The notes below the pieces were generated by a model that saw only the letters and a list, made by a program, of their open reading frames with translations, made no database searches and was not told the DNA's origin. A DNA stretch of 64,000 nucleotides from assembly GCA_947501605.1 (NCBI GenBank), contig CANMWZ010000012.1, positions 32,001 to 96,000 on the forward strand, in the 5' to 3' direction. Of the stretch, positions 29,590 through 39,218 are shown piece after piece; position 1 is the stretch's first letter, and each line of letters opens with the position of its first letter. This DNA is from Planctomycetota bacterium (lineage in GTDB: Bacteria; Planctomycetota; UBA1135; UBA2386). A program made the translations under genes and the position numbers.

Positions 29590-30402
29590 ATGGTCCGCAC
29601 CGAAGTCCACCGCATTACTTCCGGCACTGGGTTCCGGCTCGCCGATCACGATCCGCGTAGCACCAAGGCCTTCGATGGCGACAAGGCTGCGGCGCTCGAG
29701 CACCAGGCGCGTTGCAACGCGCGGCTCGAAGCCCTCCAAGAAGCCATGTACGCCGAAGGTCGCCAGCGCCTACTGGTCGTGCTTCAGGCAATGGACGCTG
29801 GCGGGAAGGACGGCACGATCCGCAGTGTTTTCGACGGCGTGAATCCCCAGGGCGTAACGGTCAAGTGCTTCAAGAAGCCGACCGAAGCGGAGCTCGCGCA
29901 CGACTTCTTGTGGCGCGTCCATCCGCATGCTCCGGGCCAGGGCGAGATCGCGATCTGGAACCGCAGTCACTACGAAGATGTGCTGGTCGTACGGGTTCAC
30001 AACCTCGTGACCAAACCAGTCTGGCATCGCCGCTACCACCACATCGCCGCGTTCGAACAACTGCTCGTCGAGGAGGGCACCGTGGTCCTCAAGTTCTTCC
30101 TCCACATCTCCAAGGACGAGCAGCAGCAACGGCTGCAGGAGCGCATCGACAACCCGGCGAAGCGATGGAAGTGGAACGACGGCGACCTCGCCGAACGCCA
30201 GCATTGGGACGACTACCAGAGCGCCTACGAAGACGCGATCGCGGCAACGAGCACGAAGACCGCACCGTGGTACGTGGTTCCCGCCGATCGCAACTGGTAC
30301 CGCAACCTCATCGTCTCCCAGGTTCTGGTCGAGACGCTCGAAGCGATGAAGATCGGAATGCCAGAAGTGGATCCGAAGATCGCCAGCATCCGCGTCGAGT
30401 GA
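29590..30402 (+). CDS. ppk2: Polyphosphate kinase 2 family phosphotransferase
   Basis: QAMDAGGKDG, HDFLWR, NRSHYEDVL, KFFLHISKDEQ, PWYVVPAD. Confidence 0.93.
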   Translation: MVRTEVHRITSGTGFRLADHDPRSTKAFDGDKAAALEHQARCNARLEALQEAMYAEGRQRLLVVLQAMDAGGKDGTIRSVFDGVNPQGVTVKCFKKPTEAELAHDFLWRVHPHAPGQGEIAIWNRSHYEDVLVVRVHNLVTKPVWHRRYHHIAAFEQLLVEEGTVVLKFFLHISKDEQQQRLQERIDNPAKRWKWNDGDLAERQHWDDYQSAYEDAIAATSTKTAPWYVVPADRNWYRNLIVSQVLVETLEAMKIGMPEVDPKIASIRVE

Positions 30403-30555
30403 GCGAGTGCCGTTCGCTCGACATGTTGGCGCCGGATCATCGACGGCCTCGCGGCCAACCTCGCAGCGGTATCAGCCGATGGCAGCAGTCGCCCGACTCT
30501 CGCTGCGACACCAGACCCATGGACCTCGTCCGGCGCAGGCACAGAGCGACCGCTC

Positions 30556-32658
30556 TCAACCGCGCAGCTTGTCCAACGGCAGATCGCGCTTGTTGAGGTA
30601 GAAGTCGATCCGTTCGTACTCCGTGTGCGTCTTGCGCTCGGCGACTTCGGCCATGGTCTTTGGCGGTGGCACGATGACCTTGTCGCCCGGCTTCCAGTTG
30701 ACCGGCATCGCACAGCCGTGCTTCTCTGACATCTGCAGGCCGTCGAGCAATCGCAGCAGTTCGTCGCAGCTGCGACCGACGCTCATTGGGTAGTAGACCA
30801 GCGCGCGAATCGTCCGCTTGGGATCGAGCAGAAAGACCGAGCGCACGGTCGCCGTGCTCGAAGCGCCGGGATGCAGCATGCCGTAGGCCATCGCGACCTT
30901 CATGTCGAGGTCGGCGATCATCGGGTACTTGATGGCAACACCGAGGATGTGCTCGAGGTTCTCGATCCACGCAAGGTGACTGTGGACCGAGTCAATGCTC
31001 AGTCCGATGAGCTTGGTGTTGCGCAGGGTGAACTCTTCACTGCGCCTTTGGAACTCGGTCAACTCGGTCGAGCACACCGGCGTGAAATCGGCCGGGTGGC
31101 TGAACAGCATCACCCATTTGCCGTCCTGCCATTTGCTGAAGTTGAGTTCGCCGTGGGTCGTAATCGCGGTGAAGTCGGGGGCGAGATCGCCGATGCGCGG
31201 AATGCCGCCACTCGTGGTGCAGGTGTCCATTTTGGGCTCTTGGTTTGGATGCTCAGGCGTCACTGTGCGTGAATGAGTCGGGGGAAACGCGGCGAGCCAA
31301 CCGGCCATGCCGCCTTCAAGATCACTGGGTTGCTCGTGTCCGTGCTGCACCGCGATCGTGGCAGCAATCGTCGAGCGATAGCCGCTCTGACATTGAAACA
31401 CGAGCGAACGGTTGCGCGGCAACTCGCCGATGCGCGACCCGAGGCTGCCGAGTGGGATGTGCACACTGCCGGCGATGTGGTTCTGCGCGCGCTCACCCGC
31501 TTCGCGAATGTCGACCACGAGCGGCGGTGCCGGCCCGTCCAGCACCGCGGCAAGTGCCGGCGGCAGCAGGCGGATGAGGCGAGGCAATGCTCGACCTCGC
31601 CCGAGCGCCGCCGCCTCAGGTGCAGCGAGGACTCCGTGCACGAGGTCGAAGCCGATGCGAGAGAGCCGCATCACGGCTTCGCGTTCGCGGCCGACATCGG
31701 CGATGACGACGATTGGACGCGCGCCATCGACAAGCGCGCCGACCCAACTCGCGAAGCGGCCATCGAGTCCGATGTGGATGCTCCCGCGTACAAAACCGGC
31801 GGCCAACGCATTGGGATTGCGCACGTCGAGCACCGTCATTCCCTGCTGCTGGCAATCGAGCAACTCGGCCATCGACAACGGTCGCAAGCGCGTTGCGATG
31901 GTCGAGTCGAGCGTCGGGAGTTGCTCGCGGTTCTTGGCTGCTGCCCGCGCGAAGTACGCTGGCGCCGGTGGTAGGTCCTTCACCGCCAGGTCGACGAACT
32001 CTTGCGCGCTCATCGGTCGCAGCATGCAGTTGCCGGTGCGCTGTGCGCCGATGGTCGAAACGCGGTCCTGGCTGAGGTTCTTGCCACAGGCAGAACCGGC
32101 GCCGTGCCCGGGGTAGACCAACGTGGCGTCAGGCAACCGCAACAACTTGTCGTGCAGCGACGCGTGCAGCCTTCGCGCGAGGTCGTGCGCCGTCACCCCG
32201 CTCGCAGCCATGAGGTCGGGCCGGCCGACATCACCGAGGAACAAGGTGTCGCCGGTCAGCACCGCGACGGGTTCGTCGCCGTGATCGAGATCGTACACGG
32301 CAAAGCACACGCTCTCCGGCGTGTGACCCGGCGTCGCCAGCACGGCGATGCGCAGCGCGCCGAACTGAAGCGCTTGGCCATCGGTCAGTGGTTGGTAGTC
32401 AAAGTCAGTCCGTGCGCCAGCACCGAGATGGATCTTGGCGCCCGTGCGTTGCTGCAGTTCGAGATGGCCCGCCACGAAGTCAGCGTGCACGTGCGTCAGC
32501 AGCACGTGCTCGATGCGCAGACCAAGAGCCGTGGCCCGCTCGACGTACTCATCGACGTCGCGGCGCGGATCGACGATCACAGCAATGCCCGTGGACTCGT
32601 CGCCGAGCAGGTAGGAAGCCTGCGAGAGGCACGCGAGATACAACTGCTCGAGGATCAT
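30556..32658 (-). CDS. MBL-fold persulfide dioxygenase-like + two rhodanese domains, in frame with a C-terminal Prx6-type peroxiredoxin
   Basis: THVHADF, PGHTPES, GDTLF, PGHGAGSACG; active rhodanese CQSGYRS; peroxiredoxin HPADFTPVCSTE starting at internal ATG 31230. Confidence 0.85.
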   Translation of the reverse strand: MILEQLYLACLSQASYLLGDESTGIAVIVDPRRDVDEYVERATALGLRIEHVLLTHVHADFVAGHLELQQRTGAKIHLGAGARTDFDYQPLTDGQALQFGALRIAVLATPGHTPESVCFAVYDLDHGDEPVAVLTGDTLFLGDVGRPDLMAASGVTAHDLARRLHASLHDKLLRLPDATLVYPGHGAGSACGKNLSQDRVSTIGAQRTGNCMLRPMSAQEFVDLAVKDLPPAPAYFARAAAKNREQLPTLDSTIATRLRPLSMAELLDCQQQGMTVLDVRNPNALAAGFVRGSIHIGLDGRFASWVGALVDGARPIVVIADVGREREAVMRLSRIGFDLVHGVLAAPEAAALGRGRALPRLIRLLPPALAAVLDGPAPPLVVDIREAGERAQNHIAGSVHIPLGSLGSRIGELPRNRSLVFQCQSGYRSTIAATIAVQHGHEQPSDLEGGMAGWLAAFPPTHSRTVTPEHPNQEPKMDTCTTSGGIPRIGDLAPDFTAITTHGELNFSKWQDGKWVMLFSHPADFTPVCSTELTEFQRRSEEFTLRNTKLIGLSIDSVHSHLAWIENLEHILGVAIKYPMIADLDMKVAMAYGMLHPGASSTATVRSVFLLDPKRTIRALVYYPMSVGRSCDELLRLLDGLQMSEKHGCAMPVNWKPGDKVIVPPPKTMAEVAERKTHTEYERIDFYLNKRDLPLDKLRG

Positions 32659-32723
32659 GGCTAGCGAGGCATCTAGAAGACTGTCACGTTAGCGAACAGG
32701 CCGTCGGTTGCGATCTGCCCACA

Positions 32724-32859
32724 CTAGAAGTGGTTTCACAACAAGCCGGCGAGCGAGGCCGAGCAACGAAGGCCGCGGGCAAGGAGCGAGTTCGCAGCAG
32801 CCTCCGTGAGCACCGCGGAGAACTCGCGACGCCGCCACCGGCATGCGAGCTGGCCCTAG
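32724..32859. mobile_element. Possible MITE/REP-like hairpin element bounded by CTAG
   Basis: Inverted repeat GCGAGTTC (32786-32793) / GAACTCGC (32820-32827) with an inner stem; CTAG at both ends. Confidence 0.3.
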
Positions 32860-32885
32860 AGCCTCGTCGTAGTGTTCGCGGCGCT

Positions 32886-34043
32886 CTACTTCTTCTCTTC
32901 CGGCACCGGGAAACCTGCCGGCAACTCCACTGGCCCGTTCTCCACGTCGCCGCTCCCGGGAAGGTCCGCCAATAGCACCGTCATCGACACCGGCGCGTCT
33001 TCGCGCTTCTTCTGCACGCGCATCCCCACGGCGTCGCCGGCCATGCGTGCGCCGATCAACATCTGCAGGTGCGCACCGTTGCGGATCGCAATGCCGTCGA
33101 TGTCGACGATCACATCGCCCTTGCGCAGCCCGGCCTGTGCCGCGACGCCATCTTTCGGCGTGCCACTCAGGCGCGCGCCAGGACCCAAGTGCGCCGGATC
33201 GAGCGTGACCCCGAGCCAACCGCGCTGCAGTCGTTCGCCCTGCTTCATGCGTTCGATCAGCTCTGGGATGTCGGCGATCGTCGAGCAAAAGCCGATGCCC
33301 GAGTCGTACCACTCCACACCGGCATCGCGACCCGATGGCGACAACGGCACCGCGAGACCCAGCACCTTGCCCTCGACGTCGACCACCGCGCCGCCGTAGT
33401 TGGCGGGTGACGTGTAGGCGTCAATCTGCAAGGCGCGACCAAACTGCCGCTTTTGGGCGCTGACGATCCCGAAGTGCACCGTCGGCTCGTCGCTAGCGAA
33501 CGTCCGGCCCAGCACGAACGCCCACTGCCCGACCCGCACATCCTTCGGATCGACCAGTTGCGCAACCGGCAGACTCGTTGCCTCGATCTTGAGCAGCGCC
33601 ATACCGCGGCTGGTGTCCTCGCCCTTCCGCACCGCATGGAAGGTCTCGCCGCCAGGAATACCGACCAGGATCGTGGTCGGGTCGTAGTTGAGGCAGAACC
33701 GCGACACCAGGATCCAGCCGTCCGCGCCAACGATCAGGCCCGTGCTCTTGCCTTGCGATTGATGGAAGCCCGGGTCCTTCAGCGGCAGGTTGCCTTTGCG
33801 ATCGGGATTGGCCGGCGGCTTCGGCACCGGTCGCGGTTGCGCTGGAGCTGTCGAGTCGACGGGCCCGTCATCGCCCAGAACTCGGCGCGTGCCGCCAAAG
33901 GTCTCGATCGTCACGACCCACGGCGCGGCGTGTTCGACCGCCGCCCGGAGCACGGGCTGTAGACGCACGAACTCGTCGAGGTCCGCGCGCTGTTGCGCAC
34001 TCGCGAGAGCGCCGAGCACGACGGCAACAAGCCACCGCCTCAT
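32886..34043 (-). CDS. HtrA-like trypsin fold + PDZ protein, catalytic triad degenerate
   Basis: STGLIVGADGWILVSRF (no His), SRGMALLKI (no Asp), SPANYGG (Ser replaced by Tyr); PDZ GWLGV...AGLRKGDVI. Confidence 0.85.
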   Translation of the reverse strand: MRRWLVAVVLGALASAQQRADLDEFVRLQPVLRAAVEHAAPWVVTIETFGGTRRVLGDDGPVDSTAPAQPRPVPKPPANPDRKGNLPLKDPGFHQSQGKSTGLIVGADGWILVSRFCLNYDPTTILVGIPGGETFHAVRKGEDTSRGMALLKIEATSLPVAQLVDPKDVRVGQWAFVLGRTFASDEPTVHFGIVSAQKRQFGRALQIDAYTSPANYGGAVVDVEGKVLGLAVPLSPSGRDAGVEWYDSGIGFCSTIADIPELIERMKQGERLQRGWLGVTLDPAHLGPGARLSGTPKDGVAAQAGLRKGDVIVDIDGIAIRNGAHLQMLIGARMAGDAVGMRVQKKREDAPVSMTVLLADLPGSGDVENGPVELPAGFPVPEEKK

Positions 34044-35131
34044 TGCTTGTCCTCCGCGAGTTCAAGGTCTCTCTGCATCACCTTGGTGCCGCGCTTCCAG
34101 GTCAGCATGACCTTGTCGCCCGGTTCGAACTTCTTCAGCACGTCGTCGAACTCCTTGCAGCTACGTACCGAGTAGTCGCCGATGCGGACGATCAGGTCGT
34201 CCGGACGCAGCCCGATCGCCGCCGCCGGCGAATCGCGCTCTGCACGGTCGACGTAAGCGGGCGGCGAAGCCCGGCCAGCCTGGCGAAACAACACGATGCC
34301 GGTGCGCACGGGGCGCCGATCGCTCTCGGTCACCTCGCGCAAATCGCCGTTCACGTGCTCGCGCAGGTACGGCAGCAGATCGCGCGACGGAATCGCAGCC
34401 GACAGCATCGTGTTGGTCTCCTTGCTCTCGAGCAATCGCATGTTGAAGCCGATCCAACGGCCGTCGAGAGCAAATAGCCCGCCGCCGTAGTGGCCCGGGT
34501 TGTTGCACGCGTCAGTCAGGATCAGATCGCCGTCGTACTGCACGTCGGCGAGACGAAAGCGCAATGCCGTGTTGGCCCTGCCCACCACGATGCCGAACGT
34601 CGCTGAGACCTTCTCGGAGAACTCCGCAAGGCGGAAACAGTTGCCAAGCGACACGACGAAATCGCCGGTCCGGTAGAGCGGCGCATCGCTCTCGTCGGGC
34701 CAGATCGGGTGCAGCAGACCCTGGCATTGCTCCGGGTCGATCTTGAGCAGACGCACGCCGAGTTTGCCGTCCTCGGGCAGCACTTGTGCGTCGTGCACCG
34801 AACCGTCGTAGAGCACCACACGCGTCCGTTCCTTTTGCACCAACACTTGGTCCAACGTCAGCACGTGACCCTTCGCACTGACGACGATGCCCGTCGCGTA
34901 CGGAGTGATCGTCGAGAGGCCTGAGGCGCCGTGCACCTTGACGATGCTCGGCAGCAGCCGGTCGATCGCGCTCTCGACCTTGGTCGCCGGCGCGCGCTCG
35001 GCAAAGGCGTAGCTCGCGTGCACATCCGCGGACTGCGCTTCCGCAGGCGGCTTCGTTGCATCGGGCAAGTTGGGTTCCCCTTGCGCCGCGAGATCTGTCA
35101 GGGCCAGGAGTAGAACGAGGTACCTCTTCAC
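34040..35131 (-). CDS. HtrA-like trypsin fold + PDZ protein, catalytic triad degenerate
   Basis: ATGIVVSAKGHVLTLDQV (no His at the catalytic position), NNPGHYGG (Ser replaced by Tyr); PDZ DSPAAAIGLRPDDLI. Confidence 0.85.
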   Translation of the reverse strand: MKRYLVLLLALTDLAAQGEPNLPDATKPPAEAQSADVHASYAFAERAPATKVESAIDRLLPSIVKVHGASGLSTITPYATGIVVSAKGHVLTLDQVLVQKERTRVVLYDGSVHDAQVLPEDGKLGVRLLKIDPEQCQGLLHPIWPDESDAPLYRTGDFVVSLGNCFRLAEFSEKVSATFGIVVGRANTALRFRLADVQYDGDLILTDACNNPGHYGGGLFALDGRWIGFNMRLLESKETNTMLSAAIPSRDLLPYLREHVNGDLREVTESDRRPVRTGIVLFRQAGRASPPAYVDRAERDSPAAAIGLRPDDLIVRIGDYSVRSCKEFDDVLKKFEPGDKVMLTWKRGTKVMQRDLELAEDKQ

Positions 35132-36915
35132 TGCGGCCTCCCGAACACGGAGTCTTCGACTTGGACGTCGGTCGCGTAGCTCGCCACTCGCCAACCGCGG
35201 TCGAACACGCCGTCGCGGATGACGCGAACACTGCTGCCATCGCAATGCAGTTCGAGCTTCTCGCGGCGCACGGGATCGCGCAGCGAACAGCCCGCCGCAC
35301 TGCCGTCGGCGAACAGAAAGAACTCGAGTTCCCCGTCGCCTGGGAGCGAGTAGCGGTAGGCCGGGCGGCCGAGCACGTGCACGCCGCCGAGAAGAAGCGC
35401 CTCATCGAACCGCTCGCCGCGATCACAGCCGATCCACAGCAGTGGATTGCAGCGCACGAGCCGTTGCAGCAACGCGTCGCCTTCGACATTGGGGTCGGCT
35501 TCACTCCGCGTGCGAAGGAAACGCACGCCATCGCGGTCCATCGCGGTGGCTTCGCGCGCCATGTCGCGCACTATCGACCACTTGGCGCCGTCGCGGTCCG
35601 CGAATGCGAGTGTGACCGTGCGCTGCGCCGTGGGCGATGTCGCGCGCGCCCTCATCGCCTTGGTGGCGAGCTGCCGTTCGATCAGACTGCTCAGGCGCTC
35701 AGTGTCCGTTCGCGCATCCTTGCTGCTGCCGGTGTCGAGACGCGCCAAGCGGATGTCGACGAAGCGCTCGTCGCCAAAGCTGTTGTCGACGTTCTCTGGG
35801 CGATAGCCGAGTTCGATCCAGGCTCCCGCCGGCAACACGCCGATGCGCGTCGCCAGTTGGTTGGCCGAACGCACATCTTCGCCTTGGAAGTGCACGATCT
35901 CGTCGCCGAGCTTGATGCCAGCGACCGCGGCGACCGAGTCCTTGTAGAGCTGCTGCACGAAGACACCGTGCCGCTCGTCGCCGTTCTTCGTCTTCTTGAA
36001 CCAGGCACTCAGGTCCAGCGTGCCGTGCTCCGCGTGGCGACCGGCGAGCAGGTCGGGCAAGAAGTTGCGCACCTGATTGCACGCGATCGCAAAGCCGACG
36101 CCGACGTTGACGCGACCGCGATCCCCGAGCGAGATGCGGCCGTTGATGCCGATGACTTTGCCGTCCTCGTCGAACAGCGGCCCCCCCGAGTTGCCCGGAT
36201 TGATCGCTGCATCGACTTGGATGCAGTCGGGATATACCAGCATGCGATTGCCCTGGCCTTCCTGGTACCGATGCGTGCCGGAGACGATGCCAAAGGTCAC
36301 CGTCGGCGTGAAATCGGTCGCCAGCAAGAACGGGTTGCCCATGGCAAACACCGTCTGGCCGACGAGCAGCGCGTCCGAATCGCCGAGTTCGCAGCAGGGC
36401 CAGGTTTGGCCGTCGAGCTTTGGCAGCAGCCGCAGCACCGCGAGATCGCTGCCGGGATCGACACCGAGCACCACGGCTTCATAGAGCTCGCCGTCCGGCA
36501 GACCGACCTTCTTGTTGCGCCAGTGGTTCGTGCCGGATGGCCAGTGCTGCTGCTTCCACGCGTCCTGCCAGTCGCTGACGAATCGGTTCTCGTCTTCGCT
36601 GCTGGCTGCGGGATTGGCGGCCTTGAAGGTCTGCAAGGCTTCGGCCGGCGGCGCCGGCGGTGCGGGCAGCACCTTGTCCTTCGGCGTCTTGTCGTTGGTG
36701 TCGGCACCACCGATGACGTGGAAGTTGGTCAGCACATAGCCGCGAGGGTCGATCACGACGCCGCTGCCGCCGCCTGGGGCTTGCATGTCCATCACCGAAC
36801 ACACGGCGGGAGCACACCGGGCAATGACTTCGACGCGGCGTTGCTCCGCGACACGCACGGCGGCGACCGAAGGGTCTTGAGGCCAGAGCGCGATCAACAA
36901 CGACAACACCAGCAT
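35128..36915 (-). CDS. S1C (HtrA/DegP-like) serine protease with PDZ domain and C-terminal extension, intact triad
   Basis: GSGVVID, LTNFHV (His), SDLAVL (Asp), INPGNSGGPL (Ser). Confidence 0.92.
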   Translation of the reverse strand: MLVLSLLIALWPQDPSVAAVRVAEQRRVEVIARCAPAVCSVMDMQAPGGGSGVVIDPRGYVLTNFHVIGGADTNDKTPKDKVLPAPPAPPAEALQTFKAANPAASSEDENRFVSDWQDAWKQQHWPSGTNHWRNKKVGLPDGELYEAVVLGVDPGSDLAVLRLLPKLDGQTWPCCELGDSDALLVGQTVFAMGNPFLLATDFTPTVTFGIVSGTHRYQEGQGNRMLVYPDCIQVDAAINPGNSGGPLFDEDGKVIGINGRISLGDRGRVNVGVGFAIACNQVRNFLPDLLAGRHAEHGTLDLSAWFKKTKNGDERHGVFVQQLYKDSVAAVAGIKLGDEIVHFQGEDVRSANQLATRIGVLPAGAWIELGYRPENVDNSFGDERFVDIRLARLDTGSSKDARTDTERLSSLIERQLATKAMRARATSPTAQRTVTLAFADRDGAKWSIVRDMAREATAMDRDGVRFLRTRSEADPNVEGDALLQRLVRCNPLLWIGCDRGERFDEALLLGGVHVLGRPAYRYSLPGDGELEFFLFADGSAAGCSLRDPVRREKLELHCDGSSVRVIRDGVFDRGWRVASYATDVQVEDSVFGRPQ

Positions 36916-36954
36916 CGCGACTCCGTCAGTTCGGGGATTCGGTCGTTCGGGGGG

Positions 36955-38184
36955 TCACTTCGGCGCGACAGTCGAGGTCTGCAGTACACGCGCTTCTGCG
37001 AAGGCACACAGGTCACCCAGATCGAAGTCGTTGCCAAAGTCGGCTTCGAGCGTGAGTTCGCGGCAACGCGCCAGTTGGAGGTGGATCAACCGCGGCTGCG
37101 AACCAGGTCCACTCAGCGTCACCTCGAACAACAGCTTGCCATCCGTGAGCACGCGGAAGATCGCGTGGGCCTGTGGGCCGGAACGTTCGTCGAAACCGAG
37201 GACCGCCTCGAACACGTCGTAACGGCCACCGAGTTCGAAGGTGAGGCGCGTGCGCGGCACCATCACGAGGCCACGCGCGTAGGTCACGCCACCGAGCACG
37301 ATTCCGGGGCCGGCCGGTGACCGATCGACAGTCCACGGCCAGACACGATCGAACGCAGCAGTTTGCTCCACCCTTGGCTGCATCGATGAGAGCCATGCGA
37401 GCTTGTCGCTCTGGACGTCGAGGCCGAGCAGGCGCGAAGCGGGCACTTCCAAGATCGCGCCTTCGTCAAGCTGCAGCTTCACGCTGGCACCAATCGCCAG
37501 CAGCTTGCCAAAACAGACTTCGCCTCCGGCCAACGAAGCTTGCACACGCGGCGCCGGCAGGCGATCCGGCGCGAAGCCAGTGTTCTTGCCGAACACGATC
37601 GCAGCCACACTGTTGTCACCTCGCAGCGGAAACTCGTAACTCGAGCCACGGAGGTCGAAGTGCACGTTGCCGTCGCGCACGGCCTCGATCGTGACGCCAA
37701 ATCGCTGCGGGGCGCCGTCCTTGACCACGTACAGGTAGTCGCGGTTCTCATCGGGCTCCTTGCGATCGGCGGTGAAGGTCTGCGGATCGTTGGCGCGCGA
37801 GCGCACGGCGGCAACCGTGGTCAGTGGCACTCGAAGCTCGCCCCCGGACGCCAGCTCGATCAGCAGCTGATTGGGTGTTGAGGCAGTGGCGGCAACACCG
37901 TCGATCCTGGTAGCCGGCAACAGCGAGCCCGATCGCAACCACACGCAGAAGTTCGCCTTCGCCGGCGCTTCGACCCCGGCGGCGTCGAGCCGCAAGGACA
38001 TCACGTCAGCAAGTGCGATCGTCTCAGCGCCGATCTGTAGCTCGTTGGCGTCGCCGACGACGATGCCAGTCAGCGTGCGACCGTCAATCGTCACGATCGT
38101 GGCAGCCGACCCCTGCGCAGAAGCCGAGGCAAGGCCAAGCGCGACGCAGGCCGCAGCGACCGAGTATGTCCGTGCGCGCGTCAC
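36955..38184 (-). CDS. Secreted protein with C-terminal NPCBM/NEW2 carbohydrate-binding domain
   Basis: GIVLGGVTYARGL...LTFELGGRYDVFEAVLGFD...FRVLTDGKLLF...LTLEADFG...FAEARV. Confidence 0.85.
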   Translation of the reverse strand: MTRARTYSVAAACVALGLASASAQGSAATIVTIDGRTLTGIVVGDANELQIGAETIALADVMSLRLDAAGVEAPAKANFCVWLRSGSLLPATRIDGVAATASTPNQLLIELASGGELRVPLTTVAAVRSRANDPQTFTADRKEPDENRDYLYVVKDGAPQRFGVTIEAVRDGNVHFDLRGSSYEFPLRGDNSVAAIVFGKNTGFAPDRLPAPRVQASLAGGEVCFGKLLAIGASVKLQLDEGAILEVPASRLLGLDVQSDKLAWLSSMQPRVEQTAAFDRVWPWTVDRSPAGPGIVLGGVTYARGLVMVPRTRLTFELGGRYDVFEAVLGFDERSGPQAHAIFRVLTDGKLLFEVTLSGPGSQPRLIHLQLARCRELTLEADFGNDFDLGDLCAFAEARVLQTSTVAPK

Positions 38185-39218
38185 TTGCCGTTGTTGCCCG
38201 TGCCAAGCTTCTTGTAGTAGCCCTCGAGCAGCTTGCGGTACTGCGGCGGCAGCTTCGTCTGCACCTGCGATTCGATCTGCTTCCGATCCTTCTCGGGCAT
38301 CGGCCCCCATCGGTCGGCGAGGCTGACGCGCTTCTCGAGGTTGCCGATGCGGCCTTCGCCTTCGGTCAACGCACTCTGCGTCGCGGGGTTGTTCGAGGGA
38401 CCATTGCCATTCGGCGGACCACCGGACTGCTTCTCTTGCTGCTCGTACATCTCGATGAGCTCGCTGAGCTCTTCGATCATCTCCTTCTGCTCGACTTGGA
38501 TCGGTTCGTTGGTCTTCTGCTTCTTCAGGTCGCGCCCGACCTTCTTCATGCGGTCGGCGAGCACGTGGAGCCGACTCTCTTGCTGGCGCTCTAGTTCAGC
38601 GACGCGCTGCTGCGCCGTAGCCCGGAAGCGTTCACTCGCCTGAGGAAACCATTCCATAAACGCGCGGAACCGCGGCAAAGCCAAATCGCCGCGAGGGATC
38701 TCCGCCAGCGCCTGGGCATAGAAGAAGGCCGTTTCGCCATCGAGCGGCGTCAAGTTGATATCGAGCTGGAAGTACTCGTTCAGGATTTCGACCGCGCGCT
38801 CGGGGTCGTCACTGTCGAGGAACAGTCGCGCCATGTGGTAGCGCACATGGCCGCCGAGCACCGTATCGGAGTCTTTGGCGAGGATCTCAGCGAGCGCGAG
38901 CACGGCCTTGGGATCCCCGTCCTCACCGAGCCTGACCGCGGCGTCGAAGTCCTTGCGCAAAGCGCGCATCAGAGCATCGGCAGCACGTTCGACGCCGACC
39001 TCGCCGACCTCGCGGGTGAACTGCTCCAACTGCGCGTCAGTGGCGCCGAGCTTCTTCGCATGCGCCTCGTAGGCCGCGCGATCGAATGGACGAAAGGGGC
39101 TCTGCACCGCCGGTGCCGAGGCCGCGGGCTCGTCCTGCGCGCGCAACACGCCGAACAGCGACGATGGTGCAAGACACAGAAAGGCGAGCGCGGCGGTCAG
39201 CTTGCTCGAAAGCGTCAC
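38181..39218 (-). CDS. Secreted TPR-like protein with conserved C-terminal WGxxP...PPQYR..L..YY motif
   Basis: Signal peptide; TPR-like helices (ETAFFYAQALAE); C-terminal WGPMPEKDR...LPPQYRKLLEGYYKKL. Confidence 0.75.
   Translation of the reverse strand: MTLSSKLTAALAFLCLAPSSLFGVLRAQDEPAASAPAVQSPFRPFDRAAYEAHAKKLGATDAQLEQFTREVGEVGVERAADALMRALRKDFDAAVRLGEDGDPKAVLALAEILAKDSDTVLGGHVRYHMARLFLDSDDPERAVEILNEYFQLDINLTPLDGETAFFYAQALAEIPRGDLALPRFRAFMEWFPQASERFRATAQQRVAELERQQESRLHVLADRMKKVGRDLKKQKTNEPIQVEQKEMIEELSELIEMYEQQEKQSGGPPNGNGPSNNPATQSALTEGEGRIGNLEKRVSLADRWGPMPEKDRKQIESQVQTKLPPQYRKLLEGYYKKLGTGNNGK

Noticed and set aside
35056..37320. 754-aa plus-strand ORF (likewise 45892-48186, 27137-28921, 21790-23526, 39878-41182)
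   Set aside because: Antisense shadows of well-supported genes; long stop-free reverse frames are expected with high-GC codon usage, and none shows a recognisable motif.
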